From: Callorhinchus milii
Lineage: Eukaryota
Direction of reading: 5' to 3'
Assembly: GCF_018977255.1 (NCBI RefSeq)
Contig: NW_024704743.1
Span: 70,000,001 to 70,064,000 of the forward strand
DNA length: 64,000 nt
The notes beneath the pieces are model-generated. The model worked only from the letters and a program-made list of their open reading frames with translations, was not told where the DNA came from and did no database searches. The translations under genes were made by a program, and so were the position numbers. Positions 1 through 12,420 of the stretch are shown piece after piece (the first letter of the stretch is position 1; every line of letters starts with the position of its first letter).

Positions 1-325
1 TCCGACCTACTCACTTCCCAATCTACCACCCAGTGCCCCCGCTCGACTGGCACCAGCCTCCTGCACATCCCTCGCACCCTCTGCCCCACCATCGGAGTTC
101 ACCCTTTCAGCCACTACCCCCTGAAACTCTGGAACTCTCTCCCTCAATCCCTCCGCCTTGCCCCTCCTCTCCCCTTTCTCAAGTCCCTATTGAAAACCCT
201 CTTCGACCATGCTTACAGCCACCTCCCACTGCCCCGGCTCGGAGCCAGGCTCCACAACTGTTAAACGCTTTGAGATGCTACCCTGCATGGAGGGCGCTAT
301 ATAGGTGCAAGTTGTTGTTGTTGTT
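1..325 (+). mobile_element. L2-clade LINE 3' fragment (family B tail)
   Basis: ORF2 C-terminal remnant (..AP.LWNSLP..F..LLKT.LF), 3' stem-loop acgctttgagatgctaccctgcatggagggcgct, (GTT)n tail. Confidence 0.85.
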
Positions 326-1454
326 TTTGTTTAACCATTAGTCAATTGTAGAAGAACTGTCTGTAAATTAAACAAATATTAATTTTAACAATCTACTGAT
401 CTGTGCCATAATACAATAATAATTAATAATCCTTGCATTTGATATAGCATCTTTCGTGTCAGGAGGACTTCTCAAAGCGCTTCACAGGATTTTCTAATTT
501 GCAGACTAATGATATTTATCTTCAAAAGGAGTCTTCATGTCAAGTAGTGAGAACATCAACTTCCAGTAAGCCACAGTTTATTTGTACATCGGTCGCAACC
601 TTTCTGTGTAGTCAGAGTGCATTGCCATGAGCTAGCAGGACATGTGTTGAGTGCCAATTGTTATCCCTACAGCTATCAGTTACTTTGAAGCAGTAGAAAT
701 CTAAGCAGAAGCAAACTAATGGAAATGAGCATAAGACTCTTTATGGGAGAAATTCCACCTGGGACTAGATTTAGTCTATTTATGTAACATTTCAGAGGGT
801 TCAGAATTTGGCAAATACGGCCTTAGTTTTGAAGCTAATTTTCTGTACATTTCTTTTAAGAAATACAGTAAAAAGCACCTTCAAAGTTAAGGCTGAATTC
901 AACGTTTTGCCAAACGAACAAACTTGTAAAGTCACTGGGCTTTCCAAGCACCAACAGCAGACATCTTGGGAGCTGTAAAAATTATCCTGCTGCATTAAGG
1001 ATGTAATTGTGCCAGACATGTATGTCAACAGCAACCAAGCTAATGCTGCACAGATAGATCCCAGAGACTTCTCTGCTTAGTTGCTTCCAAAAAGTTCTGC
1101 AATTTACAGCCACAGAACTTCTACTTGACATTCCTGTTTATTTTATGCTGTGCTGCATATTCTTGGTTTGCTTTTGCATAACTGACTATTTTAAACAAAA
1201 CTAAAAAAAATTTTCAACAAAATATATATTTATTTGTAAATAGAATATATATTTACACTCATCTCAAAGAAACAATTCCCGCAACAGAAAGAAAAACGCA
1301 ACTCATTATTATCTCTCTAAAGGACGCAATTGACGCGGCTTCTTGCAGCGAGAGATTGCCTCTGCGCACTTTAGTTTGGTAGAGGTATCAAGGCACCCCC
1401 ACCTCGGTGTTCTGCCGCACTTTGCAGGGCGCAGTTACAAGGTGGATCAAGGTG

Positions 1455-1920
1455 GCTCTGCTGCCCGCATACTGACCCAGACCAAACTCCGTACCCACAT
1501 CTTGCCAGTTCTGGCCAGGCTCCACTGGCTCCCCATCACTGAATGGATCGACTTCAAGATCCTCACACTCGTGTTTAAATCCATTCACTACCTGGCACCT
1601 CCCTATCTCTTCGATCTCCTCACACCCCACTCCACCAACCAGCACCTCCACTCGACTGGCACCGACCTCATGCTCATCCCTGGAACTCCCTGGTCCACCA
1701 TCAGAAGTCATGGTTTCTGCAACAATCTCCCTCAATCCTTCCGCCTTGCCACCTCTCTCCCCTCTTTCAAGTGCCGCCTGAAAACTTTCCTCTTCAACCG
1801 TGCTTATGGTCACCTCCCTCCTCCCCCCACCCAGCTCGGAGTCAGGCTCCACCACTGTTGAGTGCTCTGAGACCCTACCCTGCGTGGAGGGTGCTAAATA
1901 AATTCAAGTCATTGTTGTTG
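1455..1920 (+). mobile_element. L2-clade LINE 3' fragment (family B)
   Basis: HILPVLARLHWLPITEWIDFKILTLVFK..LAPPYL in ORF 1343..1861, and the same tail as 1..325. Confidence 0.88.
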
Positions 1921-2394
1921 TACCCCTCCCCACCCTGCACAACCAAAAGAATGGGATACTGCAAAGCACATGCTTTAAAGTGAACATCTATTGTACCTGC
2001 AGCAATAGAAGGACAATTTATCCCTTTACTCTGATGTTGATGTCAGAGGTGTGAAGAAGATTTATAACATATGGTGATAAGCATCGCTGGAGGCATCAGC
2101 GCATCTTTGTTTAAATTAGGTTTGAAAACAGAATTTGGTCATGGTCAGCGTTTTTGTTTTCAGATTTTTTCTTGGCTTCGAAAAGATCGAAAAGTCCAAC
2201 TAAAGTTTAGAAAGTAAACAGACTTTGCTGGTGTTTGGGATCATGATAGTTTTTATCTTTAGCAAATCTAGTGGCAAATCACTACATTTCAGTTCCAAAA
2301 TAGAACTCACAATTAGTACGACGATTTCCAGTTTGCTCCTTTTTGAGCTCCAGAGGTTTGCTGAAACAGATTAAGAAAGGATGTAGGAAGTTTC

Positions 2395-2713
2395 ATAATA
2401 ATAATAATAATCCTTGCATTTGATATAGCGCTTTTCACGTCTTCTAGACGTCTCAAAGCGCTTCACAGAATATACTGTAAAGTAAATTGACTGTATATTT
2501 GTGGGAGAAACACGGCAGCCAATTGTGCACAGCAGTGTCCCACAAACAGTCATGGATTGAAATTGCCAATTTATTATTGTTTTTTTTCTTGAGGGATTAT
2601 TATCACATGTGTGGAGAAAGGAAACTTGCCCAAGGTTTCACCCTGCCGGGAATCGAACCCAGCTCTCTCGCTTGGAAAAGTGAGTGCTCTAATCGTTGAG
2701 CTACAGGACTCCA
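2395..2713 (-). mobile_element. tRNA-headed SINE, short-body subfamily
   Basis: Head ggagtcctgtagctca..ggttcgattcccggcaggg with A and B boxes, shared body, tail aaatgcaaggattattatta. Confidence 0.9.
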
Positions 2714-2899
2714 CAGGACTTTTTCTGGATCTTTGAGATGAATAAAGATGCAAAGCACAATCCAAAATCCTCCTTCTAGCATGCAGAAAGAACGTTGGAA
2801 CTCTAATGGTTAAAAGTGGCAGACAATTTTAAAAATGCAGCTAAAATATTCAATAATTTCTAGAAGTATTCATTGGAAAGGATAATATTAACTTACCTT

Positions 2900-3170
2900 A
2901 CAGTTTCTGCAGTACATCCTAAAGGATTTTGAAGTTTGTGTGGTAGAGTTCTTAACAGTTAAGAGGATTTACATGACAGTGCTCTGGGCCTGATGATATA
3001 CAGTACATTGAGATGGTGAAGAAAGAATGGCGAAAATGTGTGGTGCACTGGGTAATATCATGGAAGAGGGTCTAAACACCAGGTTCAGAAAGGCTGGAAG
3101 CAGAGAAACATGTTATCTGTGTTTAAAAACAGCAACATAGTTAAGCCAAGCAATTACAGGTCCATTTGTA
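2900..3170 (+). mobile_element. Old CR1-like RT fragment
   Basis: Degenerate GPD...WK..NV..VFK....KPSNYR.I motif string. Confidence 0.5.
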
Positions 3171-3261
3171 TAGATGAATAACATAAAATAATGGAATCCA
3201 TTCTATGATAAGCTGGAAGACTCTGTATAACAATAAACTGACACTAAACAATTAGCATGAG

Positions 3262-3515
3262 CAAGTAAGCAGGGTCTCCTTGGAACTGAACTGGCTCCAA
3301 GGTAACATGTTTCGCATAGGAAAGTCAGAATCGAGCCAGCCCTCTGTGGCAGTCTCGGTCATCCAATTCTTGAGCCAGATGGCTCTGCAGTATTCCAGGG
3401 CACTGCTGATAACTGGAAGGGGAGACCAGTCACTGGGGGCAGGGAGTCATCCCACTGAGTTCCTGTTAACCCTGCAAGCCAAAGCCCTAACTGGTAGGGT
3501 GGTCCTAGCTGGACA
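3262..3515 (+). repeat. Unassigned dispersed repeat, 5' part (copy 1)
   Basis: Aligns by eye with 59120-59425 (gtaagcagggtctccttgg...agaatcgagcca...ccctgcaagccaaagccctaac...ctggacaa). Confidence 0.75.
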
Positions 3516-3885
3516 ATAATAATAATAATTCTTGTGTTTGATATAACTGCTTATCATGCCTTCCAGATGTCTCAAAACGCTTCACAAAATATACTGTAAA
3601 TTGACTGTATATTTTGTGGGCGAAATTCGGCAGTCAGTTCTGTACAGCAGTGTCCCACAAACAGTCATGGATTGAGTGACCAAATTATTTTTAAAATTTA
3701 TTTTGAAGGAATTATAACTCCAGGAAAAGTGATCCTCGAATCGACTAACAACCAGGTTCCTACCTCCAGCTAGGTAAACTGAGGCATGTGGAGTAAGCAA
3801 ACTGCCCAACATTTTACCCTGCTGGGATTCGAACTCAGGTCCTCTTGCTTGTGAGGTGAGTGCTCTAACTAAGCTACAGATCTCT
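3515..3885 (-). mobile_element. tRNA-headed SINE, long-body (full CORE-like) subfamily
   Basis: Same head and tail as 2395-2713, plus the internal gcctcagtttacctagc...ggaacctggttgttagtcgatt segment. Confidence 0.88.
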
Positions 3886-4689
3886 ATATATTAGTATGAA
3901 GCTCTGTCATATTAGAAGAATACATGCATTAAAATGAACAGTGTGTAATGACTGCTGAATACTGATAAAATAAAGAGCTTTAAAACTCAACTTGGGTTTG
4001 TGCAGCAACTGTGAGGTAGCTTTTGTTCTTTTTTCCACTGAATATGTGATAGAAAATTCTGATGCCGTTACTGTTCACAGAAGAGTGCACTTTGCTTTCA
4101 TTGACAGCTCTGAGATAATATGAATAATCCAGCTTGTTACAGGAGCTGCCAAAGCCACTAAAACACAGTGATGATAAAGGATCAGCCTCATAATACACTT
4201 TATATTCTAGTCATGATCAATAATTGAGCGTAATGAAAAAATAAGAACTATTGCTTTTTGTTGTAATTGTATACTGCAGTGAGGATATTCTTGTAATCTG
4301 CTACATTTAGGCACGAGTTGAACTGAATCCATTTGGAAACCCTCCAAATTAGAAAAGGTGTCACAGTGAAACACAACTAGTAATGAAAAACATAAACAAT
4401 ATTGCTCTCTGTGGGATTCAACACTTTAGCACGATAATTGCTATTGCATTTATTTCAAACAAGTAGCTCTTATTGGAGGACATGAATGCACAGATAGTGG
4501 TGAGTTACTACCAGGGTGTAATCTAATCAATGGCGAATCAGATAACATTATACGCCCTGAGAACAAAGTTCAAGCTCCTGAAACCCAAGATTGGATTGTG
4601 TGATGGTGAATCACTGCGGGGTTATTTTTGTAACTTCGGGCTATGTTAGTTTTACAATATACACTGTTAAATTTAATAGGATGTTTCTA

Positions 4690-5090
4690 ATCAGTTCCCA
4701 GAACAGTTGGATGCCAGCACCACCTACCAGTTTGTTCCTGCTATCGGATTCATTTGCAGGACTTGGAACATCAGATTGGTCACTGGAGCAGGGGTGGGGG
4801 CTGGTATTGTTCCCACTTGATTTCTGTTAAACAAGCAGCAGAAAGCTTGCCAGTGTTAGCAGTGGTAAGCCTTGTGTTTTTAGTTGGTTAAATTCCAGTG
4901 TACGTACCTGTGCCAAACTCTGCAGAAATAGGTAAGCAGGATGTGTAGCTCCAGGGGAGAGTTTGCACTCTATACCAGACAAATTGAAATGGTACTTATG
5001 TGGAAGTTTTAGCCGTTTGTGTAAAATATTCTTACGCCCGGTGATGGGTTTCCATATGTGGCAGACTCCTGGTTGACTAAAATAAATTGT
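4690..5090 (+). repeat. Unassigned dispersed repeat, 3' part (copy 2)
   Basis: caagcagcagaaagcttgc...ttttagttggtta...acctgtgcc...taggtaagcaggatgtg...gatgggtttc..ggttgac, shared with 59420-59730. Confidence 0.7.
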
Positions 5091-5596
5091 TCCTACTAAG
5101 GTATGTGATGAAATTCATTCTGAAAGATTAACAACTCTGACATAATTATTACCCATTTGGTAAGAAATAATTGAATATATGGGCCACTAAAATGCCTATA
5201 TATTCACATACCCTTTGGGAACTCAGTGCACATTTGCAGCTTTTTAATTTCAGTTTAAAACCTAAATTGCGTTGCAGTGTAAAACCACTGAATTTAATAA
5301 TAATTTGTTAACTTTTTCCCCACATTCTGCTGGAAGATAGTTCTCTCTGTGCTTCTAATATCTTTGTTTTTATTATACACATTTACTATAGCAAGCACTT
5401 CCTTTAATGTCACTTGAGAAATTCAATGGCAACTGCCTTCTCCCCTTTGCGGCAAGCAGAGCAGAATTGTACTTGGGATTTGATAAAACCTCTGCTCCAT
5501 TTACCACAATCATCAACATCACATATTTAGAGCAATGAGATTACAATGTGCCAAATAGAAGCTCCAAGGTCATGTTTGTTTGTTCAGGTGGATGTT

Positions 5597-5915
5597 AATA
5601 ATAATCATAATAATAATAATCCTTGCATTTGATATAGCGCTTTTCACGTCTTCTAGACATCTCAAAGCGCTTAACAGAATATGCTGTAAAGTGAATTGAC
5701 CGTATATTTGTGGGTGAAACGCAGCAGCCAATTGTGCACAGCAGTATCCCACAAACAGTAGTGGATTGAAATGACCAATTTATTATTGTTTTTGTTTTTT
5801 TTGGAGGGATTATTACTAGGCGTGTGGAGTAAGGAAACTTGCCCAAGGTTTTGCCCTGCCTGTAATTGAACTAAGGTGTCTCACTTGTGCTCTAACCACT
5901 TAGCCACAGGACTCC
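5597..5915 (-). mobile_element. tRNA-headed SINE, short-body subfamily
   Basis: Near-complete match to the 43890-44217 copy. Confidence 0.88.
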
Positions 5916-6669
5916 ACGTTAAAAGTCCCATGGTACTATTTGAAAAGAGAAGGGAGTTTCTCCCAGTGTCATGGCCAACAATCCTCCAAATAAATTGATT
6001 ATTCACTTCACGGTTGCTTGTGGGATGTTGCTGAGCACAGATTGGCTGCTGCTTGGAACGTCCTCCCAACGTGAAAGGCTCTATATCAATGGCATTTTGT
6101 TGTTGTTGTACTACACTTGACAGCAATTACCTGTGAAGTGCTTTGACATGTTTCAAATGGGTTATATCAAATGTAAGGATCATTAAACTGACACTCCAGT
6201 GAAGTACTGAAGATGGTCTGCAGTGGTGATGTGCCATTTTTCTTTGCATGAGACTCCAAATCAAGGTCCTTTTTGCCTATTCAGGTAGATGTTGAAGATC
6301 TGTTACATTATTTGAAAAGTTTGTCCTGGCTAACAATCCTGGCTAATCAAGTGGTCCTTCACTTCATGACTGTTTGTGGGACCTTTTGGATGCAAATGGT
6401 TGTCCCATTTGCCTTTAAAAAAAGTACCTCTTTTACAGCATTTTCAGTCATCTTTCCTCCCTACCATCTCAGCTCCCACCCTCAGCTCGGGTGCCCATTT
6501 AGCAATATCAAGTGCTTTGAGATGTACTCCTGAAATGAAAGGTGCAATATAAATGTAAGCTGTTCTGTATTGTACAGCACAATTTGACCACAAGTCCCTA
6601 TGAAGTGCTTTGAGACAATCTGATATAATAAGGCATTAGAAAAACATAAAGTTATATGCCAAGATGTCC

Positions 6670-9115
6670 TTCGATAAGAACTTGCTAGACAAAACAAGAC
6701 CAAGGTCCATCTAGTTCACCTTCCACCATCCTGGCAGTTGCTTGACATGTTGTATCCCAAACTATATATTGTATCCTGAGATATTATTTTCTAGCAGACA
6801 TCTATCTGTTTTTTTCTTGAAATAAACAAATTTTTTACTAGTTGTTCACTGAAGTAGTGTTTCCGCAGATTTGTTCTGAATTTACCCCCCTTCAATCACA
6901 GGCCGTGTCCTCTGGCTCTACTGTTCAGTGCAATGTGAAACAACATATCATGGTCTACATTATCTATTCCCTTCAGAATCTTAAAGACCATAATCATATT
7001 GCCCTTCAACCTTCTCTTCTCCAGTGTGAAATGCCCAGTTTATTTAATTGCTTCTTGTAGTACAGTCCCTCCATTCCCTCAACTATTTTGGTTGTCCTCC
7101 TCTGTGTATCCTCTCAGTCGTTGCAATATCCTTTTGCACTGCAAGCAGTATTCGAAGTCCAGTCACAACAGTGATTCATAAAGTGGTAGTATTACCCCAC
7201 TATTTCAGCTCAATATTGCCTTTTTAATACAGCCCAGCATCTGGTTTGCCTTACTCACTGCTACCAAGCACTGTTGGGATAACTTAAATTTATTATCAAT
7301 CAGGATCCCCATGATTACAGATTATTTTCTTACCATTTAACTAATAGTGGATGTTTTGTCCCTATGTTAAGCACTTTGCATTTCATTACATTAAATTTAA
7401 TCTGCCATCGATCTGCCCAATTCCCAAGAATGTTCACGTCCTCCTGTAACCTGTGCTGTTCATCTTTGTAGTCTACCACCTTCATTAGCTCTGTGTCATC
7501 TAAAAATTTAGCCACTGTGCTTGCGACTCCTAGCTTCAGGTTATTTATGAAGTATTAAATAAAAGAGGTCCGAAAAAATATCCCGGTGGAACATTCTCCC
7601 AGCCTGATGACATTCGCTGTGCCACCACCTTCTGGATTCTATCAGTCAGCCAATTACATATCCATTAAAGGATACTTCCCGATTCCCACTTTATTTTCAG
7701 TACCAGCCTTTCATGAGGTACTGTTTCACTTACTGAAATGCAGATATACAAAATCCACTACCTTACCCTCATCAAGCTCCTTTGTCACACAGTCAAAGAA
7801 AACCAGTAAATTAGTTTAGCAGGATCTCTCCTTCATAAACCCATATTAGCTATCCTTCATCATTTTATTACTGTCCAGATGCTCCATGATCTTATTTTTA
7901 ACAAGAGTCTGCATAACTTTACTCACCAATGGATGTCAGACTCACTGGTCTGTAGTTTTCTGAGTCACTTTTGCTACCTTGTTTTTAAAAAATAGGAGTA
8001 ACATCTGCCTTTCTTCAGTGCCCAGGCACCTCTCCAGTATTCAGTGATTTCTGAAAGATTTTTGCCAGAGCTCCTGCAATTTCCTTTCTTAGCTTCTTAA
8101 GGATCATCGGGTGCAATTTATCTGGCCCCTGGGATGTATTTATCTTAACTTTCACCAACCATGTTGGTAGTGATATGTATATTGTCACAACTTTCCACTG
8201 AGTTCCCTTTCCAGATCCAATAAATTTCCCATCTCCTCTTTATTAAAACCTGAGGCAAAATTTTTTTTTGCACTTCTGCAGCTTGTCATATCGTCACCCG
8301 ATCCCACCTTCAATGGCCCTATTACATAAATCATTTTTCTTTTTCTCTGAATGTAACTGAAAATCTTATTGTTAGCCTTCATATCTCTTGCCATGTTCAG
8401 TTCAATTTTTTTCTTTGCCATTCTTGTTCCAGGCAACATCCTAGTGAATCTTCTCTGAATTGCCTCTAGTGCCATGATATCATTTCTGTAATGAGGAGCC
8501 CAAAACTGCACACAGTGTTCCAGCTGTGGCCTGACTGTTGTTTTGTACAAATTCAACATGACCTCCTTATCCTAATACTCTGTTCCCCTAGCTATATACC
8601 CCAAGGATCCATTGGCTTTTTAATGGCTATATCCACCTGAGCACTCCCTTCAGTGACTCCTGGATCCTCTGTTCTTCTACTCTCTTTAGATTTGCCCTCT
8701 TTAAGTTATAGATTCTTCTTATGTTTTCCTCCCCAAATCAACTAATGCCCATTCAGCTGTCCTATCAATATCTACCTGTATTTAATTTAGATTCTTCTTG
8801 ATATTTACTGAACCCTCTACCTTTGTATTATCTGCAAACATTAAAATTTCTCCCTCTATTCCTAGGTGCAAATCATTCATGTAAAGGGTGAAAAGTAGTA
8901 CTGCCCTGTTCATCACCACATCTTTCCAATTTCAGTACTTGCCCTTAATCACTATTCTTTGTGTTCCTCTCTATCCATTCAGCTTTGATCCCATATGCCC
9001 TGACCTTAGCCAGACATCTTTTGTGTGGTACCTTGTCAAAAGCCTTCTAAATATCCATTACCGCCATAAAAATTCCATTAGGTTTGTCAAACAGTATCTT
9101 CCCTTCTGAAACCCA
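6670..9115 (-). mobile_element. Cluster of degenerate CR1 LINE fragments
   Basis: Minus-strand peptides KFLDDTEL..LQEDVNILGNWADRWQIKFNVMKCKVL and [33 protein letters not shown]. At least two or three joined pieces. Confidence 0.85.
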
Positions 9116-9214
9116 TGAAGTTACTCTTCACTTTAGCTGAGAAAAGTATTGATAATCACTTAATTACTTTAGAGTGGTTTATTTTCAGAGTGCCGTGTGA
9201 ATGCTATATCGTTA

Positions 9215-12200
9215 AATCAACAACAAAATTACATTTATGGAGGGCTTTTCACATCAGGAGATCATCCCAAGGTGCTGGACAGTCAGGGGTCAGGACCCGA
9301 GCATGGAGGAGGGGTAGGGGTGAGGGAAGGCAGAGAGGTGGGAGGGCGACTGAAGGAACGATTGAAGAGGAGGGTCTTGAGACCGGCCTTGAAGGAAGCA
9401 AGGGAGGAAGCGAGATGAAGGGACCGTGTGATGGAGTTCCAGAGTGTGGGGGCAGAGAGGCTGAAAGCCCGGCCACTGATGGAAGGGTGGGTCGATTGGA
9501 AGACATGGAGCAGACCGGAGCCCACCGAACAGAGGGAGTGGGCAGGTTGGTAGGGAGTCAGCAGGTCAGAGAGGTAGGAGTGAGGACGAGGATCTTGAAT
9601 TCGATCCTCTGAGGGATGGAGAGCCAGTGGAGTCAGGCGAGGGTGGGAGTGATGGGGTCACGGAGCCTGGTGCGCGAGAGTACACGAGCTGCAGAGTTTT
9701 GGATGATCTGCAGCTTGTGAAGAGAAGAGTTGGGAAGGCTGATGAGGAGGGAGTTTCTGTAATCGAGCCTTGAGGTGACAAATGCGTGGGTGAGGGTTTC
9801 GGCAGCCTGAGGGGTGAGGCAGTGGCAGAGTCTGGCAATGTTGCGGAGGTGGTGGTAGGCAGTGCCGGTCATGGCGCAGATGTGAGGGAGAAAGGACAGT
9901 TCAGGGTCAAACAAGGCACCCAGGTTCCTGACTGGCTTAGTGAGGTTGAGTGTGCAGCCATGGAGGCTGATGCTGCCAGTGCCTGAGGTTTGGAGGTGCT
10001 GGCGTGAGCCAATCAGGAGGGCCTCGGTTTTGCTGATGTTCAGTTGGAGAAAATTGTCCCTCGTCCAGGACTTGATGTCAGAGTGGCAGGTGGTCAGGAC
10101 GCCAGTAGTCCTGGAGTTGAGGGTGGAGGCAGAGAGATAAAGTTGGATGTCATCCACATACATGTGGAAATTTACCCCATGTCTGCAGATGACGTCACCA
10201 AGGGGGAGCATGCAGAGGGTGAAGAGGAGTAGACCGAGGATAGAGCCCCGAGAAATGCCGCACGAGATGGTGCGGGGGCTGGAGGAGAAGCCGTTTGCAG
10301 AGACGATGTGGAGGCGGTGTGAAAGGTAGGACCTGAACCAATCAAGGACAGAACCTTGAAGGTTGAGGTGGGAGGAGAGGCGGTGGAGGAGGAGGTGGTC
10401 CACAGTATCAAAGGCAGCAGAGAGGTCGAGGAGGATGAGGAGGCAAAAGGAGCCCTGGTCACACATGGTCAGAATATCATTTATGGGCAGCATGGAAACC
10501 TGATTGGAGGGGTTCATGGAGGGAGTGGGAGGAGAGGAAAGAGCGAAGCTGGGAGGCTACGGCTCTCTCAAGGACCTTAGACAGAAAAGGGAGATAGACC
10601 AGTAGCTGGATAGCTGTGATGGGTCAAGGGAAGGTTTCTTCAAGGTGGGGGTGATAGTGTCTGTTTTGAGGGGGGTAGGAACAGTGCCAGATGACAGGGA
10701 GAGGTTGATGATGTCGGCGAGTAGTGGGGCAAGGAGGTGGAGCTGGGATTTGAGAGGGATGGGGATGGGGTCCAGGGAGCAGGTGGTGAGCTTCATGGAG
10801 GATATGGTGGTGATGACAGAGGAGAGGGTGACAGGTTCAAAGGTGAGGAAGGACGCATGGGTAGTGGTCGGATTGTGGCGGTGGGGTGGGTAGGGAGGGA
10901 ATGGAAGTTGGGAGGGCAGTGGCAGCTGAGCGGATTCCCTCGATTTTGGACTTGAGGAAATCCAGCATTTCCTCGCAATGGGAGTCGGAGGAAAGAATCC
11001 GAAAGAATAGCGGGGAGGGCAGAGGAGCTGATTGGTAGTGGAGAACAGGAACCTGGGGTTGTCCTTCACCTCCAGGATTAACCTGGAGTAGAAGGACGAT
11101 TTGGCTGAGGCGAGAGTGGAGGGGTAGGTTTTGATGTGGTCCAGCCAGATGTGCTGGTGGACTGTTAGGCCAGATTTGAGCCAAGTGAGTTCGGCAGCCC
11201 ACACCTGGCCCTTAAGCAAGCAGAGGTGGCTGGTGAACCAGGGTGAGGATCGGAAATACAAGGCAGTTCAGGAGGTGAGGGGGGCAAGGGCGTTGAGAGT
11301 GGTGGAGAGGGTGCTGTGGAGGAGAGTAAACTCAGAGGATGGGTTGGTGCGGGAGGTGGGCCAGAGGGGGAGGGCAACAGAGAGGGATTGCGTGGAGATC
11401 TTCTTCTACGAGCTGTAAAAGATGATGGTAGGTTTGGAGGCAGTGGGGAGAGGGATATGGGAGTTGAGGGAGACGAAATGGTGGTCAGAGATGGCTTTGT
11501 CGGTGATGGTGACATCCGAGACGCTGAGGCCCCAGGTGATCATCAGGTCAAGCGGGTGACCGTGAACGTGGGTAGCAGAGTGTATGTGGAGGGACAGATG
11601 GAGAGAGAAGAGGATAGAGGAGAAGTCTGAGGAGGTGGCGCAAGAGGCGGTGAAGTGGAGGTTGAAGTCACTTAGGATGATGAGGCGGTCAGAGCAGAGG
11701 CTGAGGCAGAGGGACCTAGAAGGGTGGAGATATCAGAGATGAAGGTGGGGGAGGATTTTGGGGGGCAGTAAATTAGGAGAATTTTTAGTGAGAGATGAGA
11801 GGAATGGCAGAGGGTAAGAGGGGAATGAGCCAGCGGAGTAGGGGATAGGACAAGTGATGCCTTGGAGATGAGGGCCACACCATCGCCACGGCAGTTGGGG
11901 TGTGGGACATGGTGGTAGGTATAGCCGGCTGGTATGGCCTCAGTGAGGGGGAAGGTGTCACCTGGGGTGATCCAGTTTTCCGTGAGTGCCATACTATCAA
12001 TGTTCTCATTGAGGATACGATCATTGATGGCCAGGGTCTTGTTGGAGATGGAGCGGACGTTTTGAAGGCCAATCATAGTGGACAGTTGGCAGGGGGATGT
12101 GTGGGATGGGAGGGGATAGTGGATTGTTTGGCAGGGAGGGTGGGGATGCGGATGAGGGAGGAGAGGTTAGGCCCTGGGGTCTGGGTCCGGGGTGGCTTGC

Positions 12201-12420
12201 GGTAGTAGTGGGGAATGGGGCAGTCGGTGTGGCGGCTGCTGAACACTCAACGCTGAGTGCCACGATGAGCCCAGTAGAGGATTCCCAGGCTGGAGCAGAG
12301 GGAGGCAGTGGGGTGGGGGGTCAAGCAGAGATAGGAGGCGGGGAGGGCGGAGAGAGAGCAGGACAGAGCAGGAGAGTTGCAGGGAAGGGAACATTTTGAG
12401 GGAGAGCCAGCTCAGGTCGG
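9215..12420 (-). mobile_element. L2-clade LINE (family A), ~3.2 kb, frameshifted ORF2 with APE endonuclease and RT
   Basis: GLQNVRSI...ALTENW (APE), LLDLSAAFDTVDH, GSILG, HMYVDDIQLY (RT), SRLDYRNSLL. Stem-loop and (GTT)n tail at ~9215-9280. Confidence 0.93.

Noticed and set aside
1323..1455. Short CpG-rich patch as a promoter or exon
   Set aside because: Only ~130 nt, abuts an L2 fragment, and has no convincing splice pair or recognisable peptide.
9633..10517. 294-aa ORF, the longest in the window, as a host gene or domesticated RT
   Set aside because: It is one frame-segment of a frameshifted L2 ORF2 with degenerate motifs (GISRGS, YVDD) and an L2 tail.
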